Below, piece after piece: positions 38,807-50,271 of a DNA stretch of 64,000 nucleotides; positions within the stretch are counted from its first letter, which is position 1; the number at the start of each line of letters is the position of its first letter. The position numbers were made by a program, and so were the translations under genes. Below the pieces are notes generated by a model. That model searched no databases, had not been told where the DNA came from, and worked only from the letters and a program-made list of their open reading frames with translations. The DNA is from Eledone cirrhosa (Eukaryota). The DNA is taken from contig OZ024742.1 of assembly GCA_964016885.1 (NCBI GenBank), positions 260,958,001-261,022,000 of the forward strand, in the 5' to 3' direction.

Positions 38807-39495
38807 TTAATAATAATAATGTCCGTTTACAATTGTTTCGCTACTCCATATAATATTTCTGGATCAGATGACTATATATCATTATTGATCTGGTTCAGTT
38901 GAAAATAATTAACATATTTAAAAACAGAGCGGCTCATCGGAATTTCAAAGGAATATAAATTAAAATAAGGAGAGAATGTTACATAATGTAATGTTCCCTA
39001 ATGTAATGTTCCATAATGTAATGTTCCATAATGTAATGTTCCATATATTGGTATTTCACTATGGTGTCCTGGTTGATCAGTTGTCAGCCATAATCAAGCA
39101 GTATTCATCTGTCGAGGCTGCATTGTGTGAGATCTGCCTATGGGTAACAAGATGGCTGACAACTGATACAACCAGGAAATACCAATATATTGAACATTAC
39201 ATTATGTAACATTCTCTCCTTATTTTAATTTATATTCCTTTGAAGTTCCGATGAGCCGCTCTGTTTTTAAATATGTTAATTATTTTCAACTGAACCAGAT
39301 CAATTATGATATATAGTCATCTGATCCAGAAATATTATATGGAGTAGCGAAACAATTGTTAACAGACATTATTATTATTAATATTATTATTATTATTCTC
39401 TACATTCCTTACATCAAACTAAAATATGTTGACAATCTTTTAATAATGTCTTCCTTGTGAAGTTTGTGGTTTTGTTTTGCTTAACTAATGAATAT
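38679..39495. repeat. ~815-bp fold-back palindrome with a hammerhead motif in each arm
   Basis: Arms of ~370-400 bp around a ~55-nt spacer (about 39095-39150). Motifs at 38822-38946 (-) and 39243-39366 (+). Confidence 0.93.
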
Positions 39496-39683
39496 TTTCA
39501 GCTCTGCGCACCTAACTTCTGCATGAACCCAGCCACCTAGCTGCTTTCTACTGCATATTGCACATTGAGCACATGCCTTTACGCTTTGGCTTCTAACTAA
39601 TTCACCAATCTCTCCTCTCCTATCTCCTCTCCTATCTCCATCTCTCTCTTTAAGATTGGTTACTCTTGAACTATATATATATA

Positions 39684-40330
39684 ATCATCATCATCATCAT
39701 CATCAGCGTTTAACGTCCGTGTTCCACGCTTGCATGGGTTTGGACGGGGGTAGTCCCACTTGAGGCAAGAGTGATTGTCTTGCTCGCATAGGACTGTCTG
39801 GCAGGTTTTCTACAGTTGGATGCCCTTCCTAACACCAACCACATTTACAGTGTGGGTCTGGGAGGTTTTTACCGTGTTGCCTACACGGCCACATTACAGC
39901 GTGGACTGTGTGTTTTTTTGTCGTGACACCTACACGATCTCATTTGTTTCGGCCTGGATGGCGCGGCACCAACATAACTTTACATAGAACGGGGTGGTGT
40001 GGATGGGGTGGGGGTGGTGGGACGGGGTGTATTTTGTTAGAGATGCCTACTGGCTGGAGTAGGTTTTACTATATATTTAGGTAAGGCGGGTCTTCTCTGT
40101 TACTGAGTACCGCCAAAGGTCTCGGTCCAGTGACATTGTCTTGGAGAGGTGTAAGTGTGTGAGGTCGGAGTTTATCAGCTCGTCCCAGGTTTTTCTAGGT
40201 CTGCCTATTCCGTGGCTACCGTCTATCTTTATTGCCCTGCACTTTGTTATACAGCTATCGACTTTCATGCGCATCACGTGTCCATACCAACGTAGCCTTC
40301 TCTCGAGTAAACAACATCTGATCCCTCTTA

Positions 40331-40335
<5 letters not shown>
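39684..40335 (-). mobile_element. RTE 3' fragment with UTR and tail
   Basis: GRPRKTWDELINSDL...; (ATC)n at 39684. Confidence 0.93.
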
Positions 40336-40362
<27 letters not shown>

Positions 40363-40417
40363 TTATTTATTTATTTATTTATTTATACATACACACACAA
40401 ATATACACATTTACATA

Positions 40418-41653
40418 CGAGGTATGTCAGAACAGTAACAGGACTCAGTGTGCTGTTTGAGCTATGAGTTGGGTAGGGATTAGCAGGTTGCGTCATCATG
40501 TGACAATATAACTGCAATCTTAGCTCTCTGCAACCATTGTATTTTTTTTCACATGCTTTTGTTAACAGCTTCTTAATTTTAGGCCATCGAGCGATGGGCA
40601 CAGAGCAATGAACTAACCTGATTTTTCTGATCCAGCTGGTAAAAACTCCACCAAAAGCACTCAGAATACTGCAGCCAGTATACGGAGATGAGATGATGTT
40701 GTGCTGATGGGTTTTTGGGTGGTATGAAAAGTTCAAAAAGGTATGTGAGGAGTGGAAGGCCTTCAACGAGCATGACTGAGGCCAGCATTGAGTGAGTGAG
40801 GCAGGTCATGCATGGTGATTGTCAGTTGACTGTTCAACTGATCGCAAGTGAGCAGGGCATGAACCATGATAGTGTATGGAAGATTGTCACCAAAGATTTG
40901 GGCATGCAGAAGATTTGTGAGAAGATGGTGCCGAAGCTGCTGAATGATAACCAGAAGGACTAGCACATACAGGTGTATCCAAACATCCTTGAGCATCTTG
41001 AAACCAAGCCAGACTTGCTCGGGAGAGTCATCACCAGTGATGAGTCATAAATCTTCGAGTACTACCTGGAGACCAAGTGCCAGAGCCTTCAGTGAATGAG
41101 TCCAGAGTTGCTGAGGTTGAAGAAAGTAAGACAATAAAAGTCCAAAGTGAAACTTATGTTGATCATGTACTTTGATGAGAGGGGCATCGTTCACATAGAG
41201 TTCTTGCCACAGAGCCAGACAATCAACCAGCATGCCTACAAAGAGATCCTACAGTATTTGCTTCATTCAGTGCATGACAAAAAGTGAGAGTTGTGGCAGG
41301 ACAACTTATGGCTGATTCACCACAACAATGTCCTGAGCACCCAATGTGCTGGAGCAACCTCCCTACTCACCCGACCTGGCTTCATGTGATTCTACCCATT
41401 TCCCAAGCGCAAGAGGGTAATCAAGGGGAACCATTTTCCAGATGTGGAAGCCATCAAAAGGGCCATGAAGATGGAGCTACAGAGAATCCCAGGAGAATCC
41501 TTCCAGGAGTCCATAGAGGTTGGTGGAGAAGGATGGGGAAGTGTGTTAGATTTGAGAGGGATTATTTCAAAGGGGGAAACTTGTAGTTTGTAGTTTGGAT
41601 TTGAAATATTTTTTTTTACAACCTAAGTCCTGTTTCTTTTCTGACATACCTCT
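40418..41653 (+). mobile_element. Full-length decayed mariner element
   Basis: TIR CGAGGTATGTCAGAA.AG.AACAGGACT at both ends, 5' TA; transposase remnants KMVPKLL and ITSDES.IFEY. Confidence 0.9.
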
Positions 41654-41747
41654 TTGCCTCTAGTATCATATCGATCAAAATTTCCCACAATATCATCATC
41701 ATCATCATTACCGTTTAACATACATTTTTCCATGCTAGCATGATATA

Positions 41748-41867
41748 TAAATAAAAAGGGAACAGATTGCTTGCAACATACTAAACTCCTCTAAAAGTGT
41801 CCAAGAACTTTTAAACTGGATGACTCTCTTTAACAAGATGCTAACAGTTGTTTACTCAATAAATGCT

Positions 41868-41902
<35 letters not shown>

Positions 41903-42593
41903 GAAGGAATTTGTAGTTTACTTGAAGCATTATATATGGTATAAAGAATTTGAAGTTTGAAAGCCATGACAATGCAGGTTTGGATGGAGAATAATTAAAT
42001 CGTAAGAAACAGGGCTTGTTTTTTTTTACCTTAATTTATTCATATGTCCTGATATTTCTAGATTAATATCTCTTCTTCTGAGGAAAATAAAGGACCTATT
42101 CCAGTGTCTGATGTGGCTTGCTATACCATGCTGGCCAGAAGTAGTTTTATTATTTATTTATTTATTTTTTATAATAAAACCACTTCCGGCCAGCATGGTA
42201 TAGCAAGCCACATCGGACATTGGAATAGTTCCTTTATTTTCCTCGGAAGAAGGATATTAATCATGAAATATCAGGACATATGAATGAATTAAGGTAAAAA
42301 AACAAGCCCTGTTTCTTACGATTTAATTATTCTCCATCCAAACCTGCATTGTCGTGGCTTTCAAACTCCGAATTCTTTATATCATATATATGTATTTCTC
42401 GCTGTTAAGTAATTAAGTCATATGTGACATGGTGTTACATGGTTTTGTTAAGCATTTATTGAGTAATTCACTGTTAGCATCTTGTAAAAGAGATTTGCCC
42501 AGTTTAAAAGCACTTTCAAGTTCTTGGACACTTCTAGAGGAGTTTAGTGTTTTGCAAGCATTCTGAATAGATCCTGTTCCCTCTTTATTCATA
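41748..42593. repeat. Nested fold-back: inner palindrome 41931-42390 within older inverted arms 41748-41867 / 42451-42593
   Basis: Inner arms of ~225 bp are highly complementary around an AT-rich centre; the outer arms are more diverged. Confidence 0.92.
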
Positions 42594-43128
42594 TTGTCTC
42601 TAGTAGGCATTGACCTGTTGTTATTCAGACTGGGTATTAGCTACATCAATCCCATCAGTCTGACTAATGTTAAGACAAGTAATCTGTTATCTCTTCTCAA
42701 TATTTTGATCATAGTGATTACATTCCGTTACAACACAGTTTGTAGTATCACGGTGTTGGTTTTGAATAAGTACACAGTACCCCTGTGCTTCGTAGGAGAT
42801 GACTAATGGGTTCACACCATCTCTGTATGTATCCATTTTAGAATAGATACACGTATCCCTACATGTAATAGGATATGGGTAAAAGGGGTGGTGCCTGGAA
42901 GGGCATCCAGCCATAAAAAAATGACTTAAAATGATTCCATGGTGAGTGTGAAACCTGTTATGGGGTCCACAATGCTAACCCCTGCTTTAGCAGGAAAATG
43001 GCCTTAAAATGTTTGCTGCTGCATGAAGCTTCCTTACTGCATCCAATCCTATGGCATCTAAATAAACATCATCATCATCATCATCGTCAACAACAACAAT
43101 GTCCAAACAAGTTATCTCTCTTCTACAG

Positions 43129-43243
43129 ATTGTAGGTGTTCTCACTCTCTATATTTTGATGGCAACCATCATTATCATATGTGTCTTAATCACTATATCA
43201 GTTATCAAAGAACCAATTTCTGACAAACAGCTGCAACCTTTCA
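43129..43243 (+). CDS. MFS exon 10 (IVGVLTLYILMATIIIICVLITISVIKEPISDKQLQPF)
   Basis: ctacag| and A|gtaagt; TM6 followed by the KEP motif. Confidence 0.92.
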
Positions 43244-43274
43244 GTAAGTTTATCTTCTTGTTATAACCTTTTTA

Positions 43275-43366
43275 CATGACCAAAACCCACTTTGTATCGT
43301 CCTGTACCATTCTGTGCTGTCTGTAATGTTTTTCTTCATGTTAGCCCTTGTGGCCAATAAAGAAAC

Positions 43367-43409
<43 letters not shown>
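43275..43409 (+). mobile_element. 3' end and (ATT)n tail of an older Tx1-like copy
   Basis: Similar to 49360-49481 (ccttgtgg..aataaagaaa.cattatt). Confidence 0.8.
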
Positions 43410-43623
43410 GAATGCTATGGTTGCGGAGGCTCGGCTCTGTAAGGTATTGTAAATTTTGACCGCTATAACAATTGTAAATTGTTTAAAACTTTAACCAACT
43501 TGTAAACAAAAACACCCTCCTCCTCGTGAGAGGGGTCTTTCTGCCCGTTATTTGGCCCTTCGGGGTTAAATAACCGCTTATTGGGGTTTTGAGCTCAATA
43601 TTTATTTTAAACAAAAAAAAAAC

Positions 43624-43990
43624 TTGGCTACGAAAAAGAATTTTCATAGGTCACTCCCACTCATTCCGTCTTCTTCTTCCTCAATCGTCACTACAGCAGA
43701 GAGAAGATTGTCTCTCTCCCTCCCTTCTCGTTCGCAAGCGACGCCAGAAAAGAAAAATCACGTGCAAAGCGTGCAAGATTTCTCCACGACGACGACGACA
43801 ACGACGAAAAAGGTGTGCGGGAAATACGAAAACCCATTTCATTCGTCTGACGTCAGGAATAATAGCAGTAGCAGCCGTAATAACAGCAGCAGCAGCAACA
43901 TTGACAAGGAAAACAGCAGTAGCGGCCGCAACAGCACCAGCAGCAGCATAAACAACAACAGCATTAGCAGCAACAGCAACAACAACAACA

Positions 43991-44021
<31 letters not shown>

Positions 44022-45746
44022 CAACAACCACAGCAACAGTGGCGGCGGCAGTAGTCGTAGTACCTGCAGCAACAACAAAAGTAACAGCAGCTCTGACGAC
44101 AACAACAACAACAACAGCAGCAAAGAAAAACCAATCTCGTTTGCAGGTATCGCAAAGAACCTGGAAACCATCCTCATAACAAATGAGGAATTAGAGGAAG
44201 CGAAGAAGATGGTGACAAAATCAGGACACCGAGCAATCTGCAAGGCAGCCGAAAAAATTTTCGAAACCCAACAGCACTGTACGGTCATGTACCGTACAGT
44301 AAGCACAAAATCCCGTAGGGTTGAAAGAGCCACAGAGGCTCAAATACAAAAAGCCTTGGGGTCTGTGTGGCAGCGGAAAACGTACATCACCCGGGGCAAG
44401 AAATATACCACCGTAGACGGGCTTTTTGCCACACCCCAGGAGGCAAAGGCTCAATCCTTAGTGACCCCAAGGAGCGAGGAAATGGTATTGGTGCCCTCTT
44501 ACTGCGGGCAAAAAATTGTGAGGGTCAAACTGACCCCCCCCCCCCGGGATGGCCCCTTCTTGGCTGGTCGCGTCTGTCCTCGTCGGAATCGAGGACAAAA
44601 CAACTGTACTGCAAGTACAGTAAAAAGTAAGAGAAGATTGGGTCGGCACCTCCATTGAGATGCTAATTCAAACCAACCAGGAGTGCATCGAAGCTATCCC
44701 GGATGTGATAGACTTCGATAACGGCACTCAACTGCCCATAAGTGTTGAGGGCAAACGCCCGAAATGCTTTCGCTGTGGATCGAAGACTCACCTCAGGGCC
44801 TTCTGCAACGAGAAGACCCTGAGAAAGGAGAAACCCCCCCTCCTTCCGAAACCGGCTCCACGGCTACCAACAACAGGACAAGCGGCAACCAGGAACGATA
44901 GGTCCGTGGCACCCATACCCACGCCACGGAAATCAAAAACAGCAGCAGCAGTGTAAATATTAACAACAACAACAGCAATACCAAATGCAGCTGCAACAGA
45001 GACTCCAGTGCAAACATCACCAACAACAAGAAGTGAAAGAGTGGAGCTGGTACCCCTCCCCGACCTCACAGAATCAGACATGGAATGTGAGGTGGGAGAG
45101 GGATGGCAAAAGGTCGTAAGAAGGCACAAACGCAGAAGCAGCGCATCGTCGCCTTTGAAAAGGGAGGAAAGAAATGAGAAAAGGGTAAAGTCTACTGCAA
45201 AGAGACTCACAGCAGCAACACCACCAACACCATCACCACTCACACTAGCACCACCATCACCACCGGCGACAACTCCACCGCCAACAACACCTTCAACACC
45301 ACCACCACCACAAGCACCAACATCGCAAACACAACAACAAAATACACACACCCAGCAACAACGACAAGAAAATAGCAGAACCACACCCCACCCCCAGAAA
45401 AACAAATGCACGGCAATAAATACACACAACAAGAAACTAATGACTTACATAATTGAACACAGACATTTCACAACACGACTACATAATACCAGCACCAATC
45501 AAAACGCCAACTAACATAAGACTGCTAAAAATAGCACAGAAACAATACACAAACATTAAAACGAAATTCCCCAACGCAGTTGGTGATTTCAGGGACCTAG
45601 GAGGAACTATCAATCGAAGAGTATATTCGGACATACTCATAGAAGAGCCGACGACCAGCCGAAGGGACGATTCAACGGTCCCTTCACCAGACGATCAAGT
45701 GAAAAGGGATGTAAAAACAATCCCTCCTCTACGAAAAGTACGGTAA
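43624..45746 (+). pseudogene. Tx1 ORF1 (gag-like, CFRCGSKTHLRAFC CCHC knuckle), disrupted
   Basis: Frameshift at the C-run near 44534-44545, in-frame TAA at 44954; S/N-rich and P/T-rich low-complexity regions; starts at TTG rather than ATG. Confidence 0.75.
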
Positions 45747-45781
45747 GTGGTCTTTCCCATCTTTTCCACTCTATTTTAAAC

Positions 45782-48700
45782 ATGACCTCACTCAGAATAG
45801 GCAGCATAAATGCGCGTGGCTTGGGGTCGTCATGGAAGCAGGGTCACCTGCTCAACGACCTCAGGTCACTAAACATAGATGTAGTGGCCATCAGCGAGAC
45901 CAGAATCTCCGAAGCACGGGCCTTCGCACCGATCTTCGGCGGCTACGATGTGTACGCATCTCCCAGCCGTCCTGGATCGGGGGGAGGAGTTGCTGTGCTT
46001 TTTCGGAGAGGTTTGGATCTCGCCATACGGGCCATCTTCCTGGACCCAGAGGGTAAGCTGGTGGTGCTGGACGTGACCAGCGGAGACGGGCAAGCTTTCA
46101 GGCTAGTGGCCGTCTATGCCCCGACAGGAGCAGGGCGGCCTGATTTCTTCCGGCGTCTGGAGACCTTTCTTGGAACGTCCCGCTCTTTAGTGTTAGTGGG
46201 CGACTGGAACGGGATCTTAGATGCACACTGGGACTGTGTGGGATTAGCGGATAGGGGTGGAGGGTGCAAGAGCCTCACCAACCTGCTCAGGCGTTTTGAA
46301 CTGTCTGACAGGTACCGATTGGATTTCCCGAATGTGCCAATGTGGACTTGGACAAATCGCGTAGGGTCATCCAGATCATATCTAGATAGAGTATTTTGTA
46401 GGGAAATAGATAGGTCTAGCATAGGCTGTCCACAATTCAAGATAGTCAGCTACACGGACCACAAATTCGTGATCTGTGTGCTTGACTTAGATAGGCTTCA
46501 TAGACGAGGACCCGGCTACTGGAAGCTAAACGCGTCCTTACCAGCGCGCAAGGCCTACAGAGACCGGATTAGCGAACTAGTTAAGCGGGCGTTGACGGGG
46601 GCCATCGTCAACAACAAGTGGTGGTTTGCTCTGAAAAGAGCGATTAGAATAGAATCCATTAGGTTTAGTAAGGCTTTAGCAATAGAGAAAAATAGAGCAG
46701 AGGGAGAACTAGTTAGAAAATTAGACGAGGCGCTTAGCAAAGGCATTGCGACCGACGTGCTTGCGGCGAAATTGGCCCTTGACCAATTCTTCAATGCAAA
46801 GCACGAAGGCTGCGTTGTCAGAGCAAGGGTGCGTGCTCTCAGACACGAGGGGACGAAAGCCGTTCAATGGGCCCGAGTGGCGGAGGCGCGTCGTGGCAAC
46901 AAAGCCACGATCCGGTCTTTGGTGGACCACGACGGGCGCATGCTACTCGATCCCGGGCAAATGTGTGAAGCTTTTCAGCGACACTTCGCTCAGCTGTTCG
47001 GGGGCAGCGGTGGGCCGGGTCGAGGGATGGACTTTAGTGTCTACCTCGACGGACTGCCGCTGCTCTCGGCCACTGAGGCGAAGTGTTGCGAAAAGCCGAT
47101 AACAGCCGCTGAAGTAAGGGAGGCAATGACTGGCTGCACAAGGGATAAATCGCCTGGTTTGGATGGTCTGCCCTATGAACTTTACGTACAGATGCCAGAC
47201 TTGTTCGGAGGCCTCTTGGCGGACGTCTACTGCAACTGGCAACAGAACGGGAGAATTCCTAGTTCTGTGAGCCGAGGAGCGGTGGCACTGCTGAGAAAGG
47301 ATCCGAACAAGTGGGATAACATAGATAATTTCCGGCCCATAACTCTGCTAAACACAGAGTTCAAGATTTTGGCCAAGGTGCTAACTAAGAGGTTGGCGCT
47401 TGTCGTTGGTGGTCTGGTGGGAGAGGCGCAGACATGCGCCATTCCCGACAGATCCATCCACGACAACCTCCACCTCATGCAATACATCGTAGAGAGGGTA
47501 GCTAGGGAACCTGGCACGGGTGGGTCCTTGATCAATTTAGATCAGTCGAAAGCTTTCGATAGGGTCGACCATCGTTACCTAGCGGCAGTCCTGAGGGCGG
47601 CTGGCTTTGGGCCCGTCTTCAGAGGCTGGATCGGTGCCATGCACAGCGACATCTGCTCTGTGGTGAGAGTGAACGGTCACCTGTCAGAACCGTTCAACAT
47701 CATGCGCTCGGTCCGCCAAGGATGTCCCCTCTCGTCCCTCTTGTACGTATTGACTCTCGAGCCATTACTGCACAAACTGGAGACGTTGAGGGGCGTCCCG
47801 CGCGAACTAGGATGCGGAAGATCCGTGTCAGCATATGCGGACGATGTCACCATAGTGGTGTCAAACGCCAAACACATCGAGGCGATCGGCACTACACTAA
47901 GAGAATACGAAGCGGTGACAGGAGCAATGATCAACCAGGAAAAGTCAGTGGGCCTGCAGCTCGGCACCTGGAGAGGCAGGTCCATGCCATCCAACAGCGT
48001 CGTCGGACGCTGGACGGACGGACCGGTTAAATTGCTAGGGGTCTGGTTCAGTCCGGACCTCCAGACGGACAAAAACTGGGACGAGGTGACGAGCAGGGTG
48101 GCTTCTCTCACCCAGAAATGGGCGGAGAGGAAGCTATCCCTGAAAGGTCGAGCGGAGGTGGCTAACGCATACAACGCGTCTGTCATCTGCTACCGCCTGC
48201 CCGTCGTACCTTGTCCTAAGCCTCGCCTGACTGCGCTGGAGTGTTTGCTCTTTCGCTTTTTGTTGAAGGGACGCGCTCCAATGGTCAGGCGGTCCATCTG
48301 TTGTCAACACCTGCTACGTGGAGGGCTGGGCATGCCGTGGCTGATGATGCTCAGGCACGCGCTCAGGCTACGACATCTCCACCTCTTCCTCGATGGTGAT
48401 CAGGTGTCGTCGCCGTTTGCTAGACACGTATTTCCCCAGCTCGTTTCCTTGACGGAGCTGCAGTCCTGGGTCAAGCGAAGACTGAGAGGGAGCGCCTGGA
48501 GACTGGAATGTCTTCAGGCGCTCACAGCCCTCGACTAATCGAGCAATGTGATCGGTGGAAACTCCACCTCGGCGTTCTATAGAGGATTAGTGGAGGGGAA
48601 GAGCGACGACGTACTTGGGGAAACTCTAGGCGTCGACGAAAATCAACTAGCCAATCTCTTCGGAAGAACTTTCGGGCCAGGGCCTATGGACAACTTCCAG

Positions 48701-49201
48701 AAATCTCTGGCCTGGCAGTGCTACCGAGGAGCCTTGCCAGTTCAGGATAAACTCTACAGGCATGGAGGTGCCGTCAGCCGGGCATGTCCGAGATGCGCGC
48801 AGGGCGACGAAACCGTCCTGCACGCACTCGTCCAGTGTCCGAAAATTGCTGACTTGTGTGTTTATGTCGAACACCTGCTGTCGCGTTTAGGACGGATCCG
48901 GCTATCATCTGAGTCCATCGTGAGGATTGCCCCGCCCTCCTCCTTTAGCCGGGAAGGGCAGGCAGTTTTTATCTGTCTGGTGGCCATGGCGAAAGAGATA
49001 GTATGGTGGACACGTTTGAAAGGGCTGAAGATGAGCACTTACCTCTTCGGTGATGCTCTGATTGACTTTTTCAAATTTCATTTGAAAAGGAAAATCAGAG
49101 TAGAGAGGGAAGTGCTCTCTTCCCAGCATTTTGTTGAAAGATGGGTGAGAGAAGCAAGAATGGCCCGGGTGAATGGGCCTACTCTGAGTATATATCTGTA
49201 A
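45782..49201 (+). pseudogene. Tx1 ORF2 (APE endonuclease, RT, zf-RVT) with a single in-frame stop
   Basis: NARGL, GDWN, SYLDRV, YTDH, KSPGLDG, NFRPITLLN, QGCPLS, AYADD, CPRC...ETVLH...C. ORFs 45782 and 48548 share a frame, separated by TAA at 48536-38. Confidence 0.93.
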
Positions 49202-49449
49202 ATTAAAGGTGGAAAACTGGGAGAGGGCACTTGCCTTGGTGGTCAGGGTCATTGTGGCCTTTTACTGGGCTTTCTCCACAAATCTCCCTCCGAAGTCTCC
49301 CCCCTATTGGGGAATTTTTCATTGTTATTTTTTGTTACATCCTCTGTTTTTGTTTTTTACATGCAGAAATGCCCATTTGTACCGTCCTGTATTGTCCTGC
49401 ACTGTCCTTAATGTCTACTTTATGTAAACCCTTGTGGTTAATAAAGAAA

Positions 49450-49481
<32 letters not shown>

Positions 49482-49787
49482 GGAAAAGATCAATAAGTAT
49501 GCAGACCTTGCAGGCACTATTGGAACTGTGCACCATGTAGAGACAGAAGTTGTGCCAATTGTCATTGGGGTACTAAACACAGTCCCTAAACACCTTACGT
49601 CTTTCATCAAAAGCCTTGGGATACCCAACTTCATAGGCAGTGCCCAAATTTCTGCCATTATTAGCACAGTCAGAATCCTATGTTATATATTGAGCCTCTG
49701 AGATCAGGATCTGATCTTAGGCCAGTTAACATGCTTCACCTAGCAACCAATTGCTAGAAAAAACTTACAAAATATATTATTATTATT
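49482..49787 (+). mobile_element. R4/Dong-like REL-endonuclease C-terminal fragment
   Basis: EKINKYADLA...VVPIVIGVL..VPKHL...LGI...Q.SAI.STVRIL; ends in (ATT)n. Confidence 0.75.
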
Positions 49788-50229
49788 GTCAGTGTTGTGT
49801 AAACCAGGTGATGGATTAAGTCTGAAATTGTATTGGACTCTGCTAAAGACACCCAATACATTGTAGTGTTAAACCAGGTATTGGATTAAGATGGTGTCAA
49901 ACTGGGTGGCAGTTTAATTCTACCCCACATGTAGGTCACATCAGGATTTGAATCCAGGGTGCAAAGAACTGAGAACAAATACCACAAGGCATCACATCAA
50001 TGTTTTAACAATTCTACCAAGCTACCACTTAAGATTGCTACTTTATTTTATTGACCCTGAAAGAATAAAAGGCAAAATTGACCTCAGAGTGAGGTGAATA
50101 TTGAGCCTGAACAAAACCTACAAGTGTGTGTGTGTGTGTAGGGTGGGGTGGGGGTGGGGGGTGGGGTTTAGTAGCATGTGTGATGAGTATATACATGAGT
50201 ATATATTTTTTCTTTCGTTTTCTCTTCAG

Positions 50230-50271
50230 ATTTCAAATCAATGATCACTGTTTATTATGAACCTTTGAAAG
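50230..50271 (+). CDS. MFS exon 11 (NFKSMITVYYEPLK)
   Basis: cttcag| and G|gtaagt; phase 1/1. Confidence 0.87.

Larger units (their letters stand above)
43410..49481 (+). mobile_element. Near full-length L1/Tx1-clade LINE flanked by (ATT)n
   Basis: 5' UTR, ORF1 with zinc knuckle, ORF2 APE-RT-zf, AATAAA then (ATT)n. Confidence 0.95.

Noticed and set aside
42107-42150. Inward-facing CTGATGT-ggc...ggcc-AGAAG hammerhead reading
   Set aside because: Both core halves deviate and stems I and III are absent; the outward-facing reading at 42240-42276 fits better.
48536-48538. Programmed readthrough in Tx1 ORF2
   Set aside because: ORF1 of the same copy also has lesions, so a simple nonsense mutation is more parsimonious.
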